Source: Candidatus Bathyarchaeia archaeon
GTDB taxonomy: Archaea; Thermoproteota; Bathyarchaeia; Bathyarchaeales; Bathycorpusculaceae
Length of the DNA: 64,000 bases
Reading direction: 5' to 3'
Assembly: GCA_050012755.1 (NCBI GenBank)
Contig: JBEKGO010000002.1
Location: 64,001 to 128,000, forward strand
Of the stretch, positions 27,746-37,547 are shown in pieces; position 1 is the stretch's first letter; the number at the start of each line of letters is the position of its first letter. The translations under genes were made by a program, and so were the position numbers. A model generated the notes under the pieces. It was not told the origin of the DNA. It did not search any database and saw only the letters and a program-made list of their open reading frames with translations.

Positions 27746-29118
27746 TTCGTTTCAGCCTCAACTTGTTTCTTTATTACTGCATTGACCTTTTGAGTTATAT
27801 CATTTGCCACTGCTAACGTTTCTCCCTCAACAGTTAAACGGATTAAAGGTTCAGTTCCAGAAGCACGAATAAGCAACCAACCCTCCCTTAACGCCAATCT
27901 AATGCCATCAACTGTTGAGAAGTCAAGGTAACTCGGAAAAGCAGTTTTTACCGCGCTGCCAACCTTTTCAACGATTTTATATTTTGATTCATTTTTGCAA
28001 ACGATGTTTTCGCGTTGTGTAACGTACTCTGGAACCTCAGAAATAAATTGACTCAAGTTCTTGTTTTCTTTTTCGAGCGCCATCAACATAAGTGCCGCAG
28101 AAAGGGGTCCGTCTGGGCAAAAGTGATGTTTTGGATGCACCCATGCGCCACATGGTTCGCCTCCGAAAACTGCGCTCGATTCTTTTACAGCTTCCGATAC
28201 ATAAATGTCGCCGACCTTAGTACGGATAACCCTGCCACCTTGCGCTTGTGCCATAGTTTCAACACACATCGATGCTTCAACATTTGTTACGACAGTCCCG
28301 CCGTTATTTCCCTTCAGTGCATAGGCAGAATAAGCAGCTAACGAACGGTCAAAGTTAACAAAAACACCTTTCTCATCAACAAATGCCACTCGGTCACCGT
28401 CTCCGTCAAAAGCAATGCCCAAGTCAGCACCAAGCACCTTGACAACGTTTGCCAAGTCTTGAAGAGATTCAACGGTCGGCTCAGATTTTCGCGCTGGGAA
28501 ATAGCCATCTGGTTGAGCGTTTAAAGTAGTGACCTTGGAGCCCAATGCTTTGAGCATAGCTGGGGCAACGCTGTAAGTAGCCCCGCATCCTGGGTCGACC
28601 ACCACTCGCCACTGCTTTTTGAGTGAGACAGCTTTCATGGCCATATCCAAATAAATTTGTGCAGCGTCAACTGGAGTGCTTTTGCCGAGACTACGCCAAT
28701 TAGCCAATTTAAAAGTCTCTTTTGCAACGATTTTTTCTATGGCATCTTGGTCTTCGTCAGTGTAGGATAAGGTGTCGCTTCTGAACACTTTTATTCCGTT
28801 GTATTGCGGAGGATTATGTGAAGCTGTAAGCATGAAACCAACATCAGCGCCAAAAGCTTTCACGGCATAAGCCAAAGTTGGAGTGGGAACAATTCCTGTT
28901 AAAAGAACGTTTGCGCCAGTCGACAGCAAAGCGGAAACCAAAGCATCTTGAAGCATAGGTCCTGAAACTCTTGTATCAGATGCTACAAGTGCCAATTTGG
29001 CGTTTGCATGCGTAGCCACTGCTAAACCAACTTTGCAGGCAAGTTGCGGTGTTAAGTCAACATTTGCTAAGCCTCTTACGCCTGAGCTTCCAAATAGTTT
29101 AGCCATCTCAGTCACCAA
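27742..29118 (-). CDS. glmM: Phosphoglucosamine mutase
   Basis: FGSSGVRG, TASHNP, DGDGDR and RASGTEP; coupled to glmU. Confidence 0.88.
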   Translation of the reverse strand: MVTEMAKLFGSSGVRGLANVDLTPQLACKVGLAVATHANAKLALVASDTRVSGPMLQDALVSALLSTGANVLLTGIVPTPTLAYAVKAFGADVGFMLTASHNPPQYNGIKVFRSDTLSYTDEDQDAIEKIVAKETFKLANWRSLGKSTPVDAAQIYLDMAMKAVSLKKQWRVVVDPGCGATYSVAPAMLKALGSKVTTLNAQPDGYFPARKSEPTVESLQDLANVVKVLGADLGIAFDGDGDRVAFVDEKGVFVNFDRSLAAYSAYALKGNNGGTVVTNVEASMCVETMAQAQGGRVIRTKVGDIYVSEAVKESSAVFGGEPCGAWVHPKHHFCPDGPLSAALMLMALEKENKNLSQFISEVPEYVTQRENIVCKNESKYKIVEKVGSAVKTAFPSYLDFSTVDGIRLALREGWLLIRASGTEPLIRLTVEGETLAVANDITQKVNAVIKKQVEAETK

Positions 29119-29204
29119 TTAAGTATAATCGTTACTGCATGATAATGAAGGTGCTTAAAATAATTTAGTAGCTTTAATTTAGATGCAGGTCAATATTGAA
29201 ATAT

Positions 29205-29310
29205 GTCGATACTTATCGACTAATTTTGACTTTATTTGACTTTTCTCGACTTATTTCGACTTTTTTTGACTTATTTTAACTTATTTTGACTTTTCTTGAC
29301 TTTTTTTGAC
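29205..29310. repeat. 16-bp palindrome GTCGATA-CT-TATCGAC followed by a 10-bp-period tandem array (consensus TTWTTTYGAC, about 10 units)
   Basis: Units end in GAC at 29220, 29230 and so on to 29310 (one AAC variant). Confidence 0.9.
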
Positions 29311-29408
29311 TCAACCTGCAAAAGATTCAAACTCTAAAACAAGAAAGCAACCTAAAACACAAAGAACAGAAAACTGCACAAAAATCTGTCAATAGTTATT
29401 TCATTTCT

Positions 29409-30515
29409 CTAATTACTCAGGCAGCGTTTTTTAATAAATGTGGAGAGTTTGGTCCAATTTGGATGTTTACCTTCGGGGTCGGAGAGGTAGCATGCAGAAA
29501 CAGCGTTTGCAAACATTAAACGGCACTCATCAGACAAGCCATTTCTGTCGCCTAAGATGTTTCCTGCATCCCAAGCATCACCTGCTCCAGTTGCCCGCAA
29601 AACTTTAACCTTGAAAGAAGGCACCATAACCTCTGTTTTACTTCTTAAGCTGGCAGAAAAAGCTGTCGTGTGCAAATCAATTCGGGCCGTCAGATTTCTC
29701 GCTAAAATTCGGGCAGCTTCCATTGCAAATTCGGCAAACTCCAGACCCATTTTTTTATCATTAAGGCTACTGTCAATTAACGAAGCGTAAACTATTGCTT
29801 CATTCTCGTTTAGGCTTAAAATATCCACTTTGTTGGATTTCAAGACAGTTTCCATCAACTCTGCGACTTTGCCGATGTTAGGCGTAGGGTCTGCTGTATC
29901 ATAGTAAGTTTTACCTTTGCCTTTCGTCTTAGCTCTGTCGAAAACCGTTTGCGCCAAAGCTGTTCCAAAATTTAAGGTTCCCGCCCAGTTAAAAACGCAG
30001 GTGTAATCGGCAGAACCAATCAATGCATAATCAGAGTCATCAAGATCGTTAGGTCCAAAACTCTTTAAGGAGCCTACATCGCGGAGCATGACGTTGCTTT
30101 TTTCATTTCTGTTTTTGAACTCTAAAGCAGTGGTTATTGAAGCTTTTTCGCGAATTTTAATGTGCGAAGTATCTATGGGAACTTCTTTGAAGTAGCATTT
30201 TAGTTGTTGCAGTCCAGATTGGCTCGTGCAGACAATCGGAGTAACCTTCGCACCTAAATTGGCGAGAGCTGATGCTACATTAATCGCGTTTCCTCCCCTC
30301 AGATCAGTTTGGGGGATGCTGTCGATGCTGCCGCCTTTGCGTTTAGCTACGTCCCTGATTAAGTGTGAAAACTCTGTAAAGTTCCAGTTCAAGTTTATGA
30401 GGCGATCAAGAAAGAAATCAGGTAAAACAACGACTTTGCAGTCTTTAGGATTATTAAGTAAAAAATCTTTGAGTTCTTTTTTCCATGCCACAGTGTTTAA
30501 CAGAAGAACCCCCAA
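29409..30515 (-). CDS. PfkB-family carbohydrate kinase
   Basis: GGNAIN, NENE and TGAGDAW. Confidence 0.85.
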   Translation of the reverse strand: MGVLLLNTVAWKKELKDFLLNNPKDCKVVVLPDFFLDRLINLNWNFTEFSHLIRDVAKRKGGSIDSIPQTDLRGGNAINVASALANLGAKVTPIVCTSQSGLQQLKCYFKEVPIDTSHIKIREKASITTALEFKNRNEKSNVMLRDVGSLKSFGPNDLDDSDYALIGSADYTCVFNWAGTLNFGTALAQTVFDRAKTKGKGKTYYDTADPTPNIGKVAELMETVLKSNKVDILSLNENEAIVYASLIDSSLNDKKMGLEFAEFAMEAARILARNLTARIDLHTTAFSASLRSKTEVMVPSFKVKVLRATGAGDAWDAGNILGDRNGLSDECRLMFANAVSACYLSDPEGKHPNWTKLSTFIKKRCLSN

Positions 30516-30594
30516 GGCTTTATTTCCGCAAAGCTAAAATAACCTTTTGATTTTAAGTGGGTAAAGGGACACGGATCGGGGAGTAAGGGAGAGA

Positions 30595-30813
30595 ATGAAC
30601 TTTAAGGCAGAAGTTTGTCAATTAGCATTTGCAATTACGTTGTTTATGGTGAGCGCTTTCTTCTTTTCATATCAAAGTGGCAATGCAAGTTATCTAACCT
30701 TGGCTTCCTACCCATATCGAGGGTACGCGCTTGCATTTGTCGGTTTTGGCTCACTTCTTATGGTAACTGCGTCGCTTTCTTATACAAAACGCAGCAAAAC
30801 GTCCTTTAGATAA
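30595..30813 (+). CDS. Small two-TM membrane protein
   Basis: Two hydrophobic helices around YPYRGY; GGAG SD. Confidence 0.65.
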   Translation: MNFKAEVCQLAFAITLFMVSAFFFSYQSGNASYLTLASYPYRGYALAFVGFGSLLMVTASLSYTKRSKTSFR

Positions 30814-31083
30814 TTTTGTTTCTCGTAACTATTTAGCTGTCTTCTCTCTTACTGAAGATCTGGTTTTGGATTGGGCTTCATTATTCGCGTTGTACATTTT
30901 AGTGTACCCAATGTTGCAAGTGGCACCTTTTACCTGTTTTTTCAATGTTTTCAACATATGTCAACATAGTTTCGGTTGCCGGGGTTACTACCATAGTCTA
31001 AACTAAGTGAGATACAAACCTGCTCTCAATCAAAACCTATTTTCAACTCAAAAACATTCAAGTGCTAAACATGCACAAATTTT

Positions 31084-31899
31084 TTACCTGACGATAGCTC
31101 TGACAAGCAACCAGACCACGTCGCCAAATAGTAAAGCAACAATTAAGCCTAAAGTTATGAATATTAACATGGGCAAACCAGGTGTTGCCCAAACAAAATT
31201 ATCGATTTTTCCCGCCTTCACAACGTTTGATAATCGTTCGACAATTTCATCCCTTCCCTCATCACGTGGAACAACGACCAACTTTCTTTCCAACCCATTC
31301 TCGCTGTCTTTGACATCTTCCATAGGGAAGACATGCCATTTTGCTTGAAGCTTAGCAACTGTGACTTTGTATCCAGTTATCACAACAAGTGTTTTCTTCC
31401 AGACTGATTCATCTGCAAGTGTTCCAGTAAACATTTTTTTGCAATTTTTTTTATGCCAAACAACATTGTGCAAGATCATGTAGACGCCGCTAGCTGCCGC
31501 AAATAAGACACCGTTGCTAAAAATGGTAAATGGAAATATAACGTGGGAGATCGGCGATAAGCCACCATTTAAGAGAGGCAGGGACAGGATTACTGGAGCA
31601 AAGGGCAAGGCAACGGCAATGCACATTAACGCTTTAGAATCAGCACCGCCAAATCCGCCAGAATAAAACAATAAAAATGCAAGCCCGACGGTTACGCCTA
31701 CGCTAACCCCGAAAAGAGGCAACTTCGAGGAATCAAAAAGCAGTAATTCTGAGAGCGAAAGTGCAAGTGCAATAGGTGCATAAATTACCCATACCTTATT
31801 GCTTACTTCGCGGACTTCACAGTCACGCCATGACGAATAGACCAAAAAAGCTAAGGTCACTGCCACACTTGCCGCGACAAAGATTACTTCAAACGTCAA
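31084..31899 (-). CDS. Prepilin/prearchaellin peptidase (A24, PibD/FlaK-like)
   Basis: SWRD...VSN, GGAD and C-terminal WATPGLPM. Confidence 0.9.
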   Translation of the reverse strand: MTFEVIFVAASVAVTLAFLVYSSWRDCEVREVSNKVWVIYAPIALALSLSELLLFDSSKLPLFGVSVGVTVGLAFLLFYSGGFGGADSKALMCIAVALPFAPVILSLPLLNGGLSPISHVIFPFTIFSNGVLFAAASGVYMILHNVVWHKKNCKKMFTGTLADESVWKKTLVVITGYKVTVAKLQAKWHVFPMEDVKDSENGLERKLVVVPRDEGRDEIVERLSNVVKAGKIDNFVWATPGLPMLIFITLGLIVALLFGDVVWLLVRAIVR

Positions 31900-32138
31900 T
31901 ATTTAATCCCTGAACACTTCTATTTTCCTTTTCATGTTAAAACAATTTGCTTTTAATATTTATCACATATGGATGATAAATACTTATCAAAAATAAATAC
32001 CCAAAAGATTCTATTTGCCAACTTTACAGTTATGGTCGGCGCCACTCAACCAGTTTCCAAAACCTGGACTAATCATATTAACCGTAAATTGAGAGAACGA
32101 AACTATAAATGTTGACTTAGTGCCGTGCCACGTTTCAC

Positions 32139-33242
32139 CTAAAAGCGGTTCGGAACGAAACAGGATTGAGCAACACCGGTAGCAAGGTGATTATTTGAAA
32201 CGCGTTGGATTTTCCAGCTATTTCTACTCTTTGCAACAAAAGCCGCAGCAAAGACTACGATCATGGAGACGATTAACGTAATTATTGGAAACTGCGTAGG
32301 AAATTCTGGAATAGTTGGGTCGGTTTGAGTTTTTGATGCAGGAGTTGGCGTTCGAGTGTCTGATGGTGTTGGTGAAGGCGTGGGTGTTGCAGTTGGAGTT
32401 GGCGTAAGAGTTGGTGTGGGCGTAGGCAACGGAGAAGGAGATAGAGTGGGGGTTGGAGTTGGCGTGGGTGAAGCAGTTGGAATTGGAGTAGGTGTTGGAG
32501 TAGGCACTGCAGTAGGAACTGGTGTGGGCGTTGCAGTAGGAGAAGGAGTAGGCGATACAGTCGAAGTTGGAGAAGGAGTAGGAAGCGAATCGTTGATTGG
32601 TTGGGTGCTGACTACTATGTTGTCATAGTAGTCAATTGCTTGAATACTTAATGACGGGTCAAATGTCAAAGTGTTTACGTCGTAGCCATCAACTTGTGGC
32701 ATGCTTTGATTTGCGATAAGCGTTTGATTCAGCCAGAGTGTCGCGGAAGAATTAGATCCTTGATTAGGGTCGAGATACAGAGACAGCGTTATGTTGTACC
32801 ACATGTTAGGAGTTAGTAGAATATTTGTTTCGTTGGCGTTGTTGTCCCAGTCAAATATGATTCCGTTGGCATCTTGGTATATGGCTATCCATCCAGTATT
32901 TCCCGTTAATGTTGCAATTCGAGAATAACCTGAAGTGTTTGTGGCATAGAGCATTTGAACGTATAATCGCCCCGTCGTATCGTCAAAAGTTGCGTAGCTA
33001 CTTGGAGAACTGTTTGGGGACACTTGAAGTGAGCATGGTGAGGTAACGTAAAGAACATTGTTCATTGTGTCATTGGAGCCTATTATAAACTGTGGATTGG
33101 GTTGGCTGGTGTCAAAGTCGTCGCTAAAAAGAACACCTGACTGTGCTTGAACCGAATGGACTACGCCAAATGCTAGAAACATGTTTGCTGCAAGGATGGC
33201 CACCAATAGAGCAATTAGAATTCTTGTCTTTTGCCATTTCAA
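32139..33242 (-). CDS. Secreted surface protein with a beta-sandwich domain, Pro/Thr linker and IPEF-TM anchor
   Basis: Signal peptide, FSDDFD, (PT)n, then TIPEFP and a TM helix; GGTGA SD before TTG at 33242. Confidence 0.8.
   Translation of the reverse strand: MKWQKTRILIALLVAILAANMFLAFGVVHSVQAQSGVLFSDDFDTSQPNPQFIIGSNDTMNNVLYVTSPCSLQVSPNSSPSSYATFDDTTGRLYVQMLYATNTSGYSRIATLTGNTGWIAIYQDANGIIFDWDNNANETNILLTPNMWYNITLSLYLDPNQGSNSSATLWLNQTLIANQSMPQVDGYDVNTLTFDPSLSIQAIDYYDNIVVSTQPINDSLPTPSPTSTVSPTPSPTATPTPVPTAVPTPTPTPIPTASPTPTPTPTLSPSPLPTPTPTLTPTPTATPTPSPTPSDTRTPTPASKTQTDPTIPEFPTQFPIITLIVSMIVVFAAAFVAKSRNSWKIQRVSNNHLATGVAQSCFVPNRF
32340..32590 (-). repeat. Coding Pro-Thr/Ser linker repeat
   Basis: [21 protein letters not shown]... 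Confidence 0.85.
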
Positions 33243-33334
33243 ATTTTCATCACCTTTTTCTCTTGTTGCTAAATGAACATTCAACGCTTGAAAAGCACCA
33301 GAAAAAATGGGAAACCATTATTTTTGGTACAAGC

Positions 33335-36300
33335 TCAAGCATTAAAATCCACCACCACCCACACCAAAGTGCACTCCACAGTAGTGCCAGAGGAACGATG
33401 CAGGACAACTCCACTTTGAAGATTGTCAATGTCTGTCCACGACCACGATCCACCGCCTGGTTTTGAGAGCACATTTGAATGGCTTGTCCATGTATTAGCT
33501 GTAGTCGGAGTCCATTGTGCACCAGTTATAGAGTTGCTTCCTAGTGCGAGATATGTTTGTGCATAGGGACCACTTGTCGACGTTACATTTACTCGAATAT
33601 TATCAGTAACACTGTTTATTGTGCCAGTTGCTGAACCATGGTCCTGAGTCGCGTAGGAATCTGTATAGGTACCGGTCTGGGAAGTTGTTGCATACACATA
33701 TTCGGCGTTATCCACACCGTTATGATCTGAAACGGCTTGCCAGTGTGTGCTAGCTCCGTTCACATCGGGTATTCCAGTGTTAGTTCCGGCGCCATCAGGA
33801 TAAAGAGTCATTAGTCCATGCCAATTCCAGGTAATGCTAGATGCTGAGTTAAGACTGAAGGTAATAGTTTGAGTTGTGCCACTTGCAGGTGGACTACCAG
33901 TCCCGGTGTAACCTGTTGAGGTGTAATTTATTATTGGTGGACCATTAAGATTTATTGCGGCTAATACTGAAGAAGTGATACTTGTGCCAGCGTCGTACCA
34001 ACCCGAACTCTGTCCGGCGGGAGTCCCAACTGCAGAAGTCACAGTAAATTGGTACTGAGTTTGCCAGTTCCAAGTAATAGCAGCCGAACCAGTAATAGTG
34101 AATGTCATAGTAGTAGCACTACCGGTAGCAGGTACACCACCGGACCCACCGCTCCAACCAGTACATCGATACTGCGTTCCGCCAGAGACATCAGCAGGAC
34201 TAGTTACGCTCTCCGTCACCTGTGCATTAGCGTTAAACCATGAACCAGTAGCAGGAGAAGGCATATCATGAGCAGAAGTCACCGTCAATTGGTACTGAGT
34301 CTGATATGTAGCTGCGTCCGTCCCTGAAGTTACCAAAGGTGAAGCAAGTCCAGAACTCCCAGTCAAAACAAACTGCGTTCCTGAACCGCCTGAAACAGTA
34401 GACGCCCAACCGAAAGTCGTTCCAGTATCAACCCACACGTTACTGGGCAAAGTATTGTAAACATAATTCGTTGAACCAATAGTCAAAACCGTATTAGAAC
34501 CAGCAGACCCAGCCACACCAGTCTGTGAGAAACCGACCTGCCATTGAACTACATAGGATTCGGAAACTGCATTCGGCGCAGAAACCATAATGGGTGAATT
34601 AGTACCAGACAAACCGCCAGCTCTATATTGCTTGCCAGTTAAACTGCTCGTAACTGGACCAACAAAAGAATAGGTCACACTTGCTCCACTATCAACCCAG
34701 ATAGCACCACCTGACGTCCCAAGCGGACTGGTAGCACCGGAATACTGACCTCCCGTTACGCTGAAAGACAAAAGATTGCCAGAAGCGTCACCGCCCAAAC
34801 CAGAACTTGAAAATGTTTGTTGCCATTGAGTCACATAAGTACCCGCAATCGTGTTCGCACCGGAAACAGAATAACCAGATGCCGGACCAGAAACGCTACT
34901 AAACCGATACTGCTTTCCAGTTATGCTGCTTGACACTGGATTTTGGAAAGTATAAGAAACTGTCGCGCCGTTGTCTACCCACACGCTACCTCCCGAAATA
35001 CTAATTGGGCTTGTTCCAAAATACTGACCGCCAGTGACACTAAAGGAAACGAGATTCCCTATCGCATCTCCCACTAGACCTGAATTGCCAAAAGTCTGCT
35101 GCCACTGAATCTTATAGCTGACAGTAACTGTGGCGTTTGACATTGGAACAGTGTAGGCATGTGTTTGAGCCCCTCCGTCACCCCATGATACCCATGCGTA
35201 TTGTTTGCCGGCTCCGGCGGCAACCGTGCTGGATGCGGTTATTGTATGTATCGACCCTGCTTGCCAAGTGAATGAAGATGGAAGTGTTGAGTACGTGTAT
35301 GGTACAGAATCTATTATTAAAATTGTCGAGGTTCCTGCGTCGCTACTGATTCCACTGGGTTGAAAGACAATGGTCTCCGTCGGGACTATCGTAAAGTTTG
35401 CCCATGCAGAATTAGAGCTTGTGTCAGTAGCAGTTATCATGTAAGATCCAGCAGCATAAGATGGAATGACAAATGTAGTTCCAAACGGAATCTCTCCGTA
35501 AGCAGTCGATCTAGCTGTAGCTACAGTGTTCCCGTTGAATGTAATTCTTATCTGGGAGTAGGGTAAGAACCCACCGCCCGATAGTGTGACAGAGGTGCCT
35601 ACAGTACCGGATGAGGGAGACAAATTTATCGAAGCCGCAGCTGAAGACTGAGGAGTAATTGTTACTGAGGGAGGTTGCTCAACAAGAGCCCATAAACCAG
35701 AGTTTCCATTGTTGTCGTATATTGGATTTATACCATCAAATGTTGTTACAGAACCGCACCAAGTTAGATCCAAAGCTGAAGTGAAATCAACTGGACCTGT
35801 CGAAGTGACAGGGTCAAGTTCAATGACTGGGACAGAACTGTTTACATAAAGTGCTCCTGTAAATTTGCCAGCCATTGCATCAAAAGCATAGAGCTGTTGA
35901 TTCGCGCTATCTGTAAACATTATTCCTGTTCCTTGAGATGCATCATTAATTAGTTGACTCCAATGATGGACATTCCCAGCGCTGTTATTGAAATATCCAT
36001 TGCTGTTTGAAACATTGGGAATTCCGTTTGTAGTTCCGTTTTCAGTCATGGCTTGCACTGGGCTTATCGAAGTTGTCAGTTGAATTGGACTGATATCGTT
36101 GATATTTCTGGCCGCTGCGGAGTTTATGAAAATTAGTCTAAGCTGGTAAGTGTAGTATGTTGCATTCGCGGGAAGCGTAAACACGATTTGGGAGTAAACA
36201 TTCGGGCAGTTAGTAGGTCCGTTGTTCCATTCTGCTTCTTCCTGGACAATATCTCTAACTACGCCGTATTGTACCACGTAAGCAGGCGAGCCCGACCCAT

Positions 36301-37546
36301 ACACGCTAGCATCGGCATCGATTCTCATGAAATTAGCGGTACTACTCACGCTTCCCACCGTCGATTTTATCTGAAAATGACTATTTGGATAGCTGAATTG
36401 CAGAGTCATGTTTCCATTTGAGAGAGTCCCAACAGCAGGATTGTCGCTATTAAAGCACGTGTCCTTGTAGGCAGCAGATGGTTGGAGTGCTCGATCACTT
36501 CCGTTCCACCAAAAAGTTAATTGAGACATTGAAGGATTTACTTCAAAAACGACCATCTGGCTATTACTAAAGATAGTATAATTTGTAGTCAGACCCAATG
36601 GAATCTGATATCCTGATGTCCAATCTTCCACTTGAAAAGGAATATCCGAAGTCGGACCAGTTTGACATAAATGCAAGGACGCTACCGAAATAGGAGGAAT
36701 AGGTTGCACCTGAGTCACATTTAGCGGACCTTGCCCGAACCAAAGCATAGTACCATTCTGCAATAATTCTACTACAGATGGAGCAGGAGAGCTCTGAGGA
36801 GAAAATGTAAAGTCTATGTTGTAACTGTTGAATGAAGATGCCTCAACCATAATTCCCCGTGAATCCGTAACTTGAACCATATATGCCGAAGAGTTTATTC
36901 CAGGAGGAACACTGATCAGATATGTCCCATTAGTGAAAACCGTCGGCGTCAAACTCGGATTTACCTGTTGCCAGTTTGAAGTCATGTAATTGTAATAGTA
37001 GAAGGCAAAGTTTTGTTGTCCTAAACTGGTTAACGGTTGAGCTAAGTCCTGTGTAACGCTTAATCGTACTTGATTGTTGTTTGGTGAATTATATATTTGA
37101 ACACCTAAGCTGCAAGAAGCGGTGTAATTTACGCCGTAGATGCCGAGGTCTGCTAGATCGTAAACAACCGAAAGCGTGCCTGAACTAATACTAGGATTTG
37201 AATACCAATTATTGTTAAGTGTCAGGCTCGTCATGTTTATCGATTCTCCTAAAGAGGGATTCATGCTTGCAATGTACTGTAAAGCGCTATTCATGTAAAG
37301 CGTCGCATTAGCATAAGCGTACGATTGGTTTCCTGTTACTTGAAGAATAGAGGCATAATAACCTACAGTAAAACCTAGAGCTTTCAGAAGAGCCGAATTT
37401 GTTTCATCTGTCGCAGTTAATGTTTGTGGCGTTTGACTTTGACTCGAATCATAACGAATCGTTGCGTAGGCCGCTATTAATGTGCCAGCAAGAACTATTG
37501 CAACAAGCAAAGCCGCAATAATCGTGAATTGTCCCCGATTATCCAT
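33335..37546 (-). CDS. Giant pilin-like adhesin (class III signal, Ig/IPT-like domain, tandem beta-repeats)
   Basis: MDNRG|QFTIIAALL; LSPSSGTVGTSVTLSG; repeated Q(W/Y)Q-anchored modules of about 80-95 aa. Confidence 0.8.
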   Translation of the reverse strand: MDNRGQFTIIAALLVAIVLAGTLIAAYATIRYDSSQSQTPQTLTATDETNSALLKALGFTVGYYASILQVTGNQSYAYANATLYMNSALQYIASMNPSLGESINMTSLTLNNNWYSNPSISSGTLSVVYDLADLGIYGVNYTASCSLGVQIYNSPNNNQVRLSVTQDLAQPLTSLGQQNFAFYYYNYMTSNWQQVNPSLTPTVFTNGTYLISVPPGINSSAYMVQVTDSRGIMVEASSFNSYNIDFTFSPQSSPAPSVVELLQNGTMLWFGQGPLNVTQVQPIPPISVASLHLCQTGPTSDIPFQVEDWTSGYQIPLGLTTNYTIFSNSQMVVFEVNPSMSQLTFWWNGSDRALQPSAAYKDTCFNSDNPAVGTLSNGNMTLQFSYPNSHFQIKSTVGSVSSTANFMRIDADASVYGSGSPAYVVQYGVVRDIVQEEAEWNNGPTNCPNVYSQIVFTLPANATYYTYQLRLIFINSAAARNINDISPIQLTTSISPVQAMTENGTTNGIPNVSNSNGYFNNSAGNVHHWSQLINDASQGTGIMFTDSANQQLYAFDAMAGKFTGALYVNSSVPVIELDPVTSTGPVDFTSALDLTWCGSVTTFDGINPIYDNNGNSGLWALVEQPPSVTITPQSSAAASINLSPSSGTVGTSVTLSGGGFLPYSQIRITFNGNTVATARSTAYGEIPFGTTFVIPSYAAGSYMITATDTSSNSAWANFTIVPTETIVFQPSGISSDAGTSTILIIDSVPYTYSTLPSSFTWQAGSIHTITASSTVAAGAGKQYAWVSWGDGGAQTHAYTVPMSNATVTVSYKIQWQQTFGNSGLVGDAIGNLVSFSVTGGQYFGTSPISISGGSVWVDNGATVSYTFQNPVSSSITGKQYRFSSVSGPASGYSVSGANTIAGTYVTQWQQTFSSSGLGGDASGNLLSFSVTGGQYSGATSPLGTSGGAIWVDSGASVTYSFVGPVTSSLTGKQYRAGGLSGTNSPIMVSAPNAVSESYVVQWQVGFSQTGVAGSAGSNTVLTIGSTNYVYNTLPSNVWVDTGTTFGWASTVSGGSGTQFVLTGSSGLASPLVTSGTDAATYQTQYQLTVTSAHDMPSPATGSWFNANAQVTESVTSPADVSGGTQYRCTGWSGGSGGVPATGSATTMTFTITGSAAITWNWQTQYQFTVTSAVGTPAGQSSGWYDAGTSITSSVLAAINLNGPPIINYTSTGYTGTGSPPASGTTQTITFSLNSASSITWNWHGLMTLYPDGAGTNTGIPDVNGASTHWQAVSDHNGVDNAEYVYATTSQTGTYTDSYATQDHGSATGTINSVTDNIRVNVTSTSGPYAQTYLALGSNSITGAQWTPTTANTWTSHSNVLSKPGGGSWSWTDIDNLQSGVVLHRSSGTTVECTLVWVVVDFNA

Positions 37547-37547
37547 T

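Noticed and set aside
29205-29310. Tandem array as a CRISPR array
   Set aside because: The units are 10 bp and contiguous, with no spacers and no cas genes.
32037-32046. CGGCGCCACT matching the tRNA-Asn 3' end (24022-24031) as an att site
   Set aside because: Only 10 bp; the interval contains housekeeping genes (glmM, glmU, pfkB) and no integrase.
32356-32628. Gly-Val repeat ORF on the plus strand
   Set aside because: Antisense shadow of the Pro-Thr linker of the minus-strand gene.
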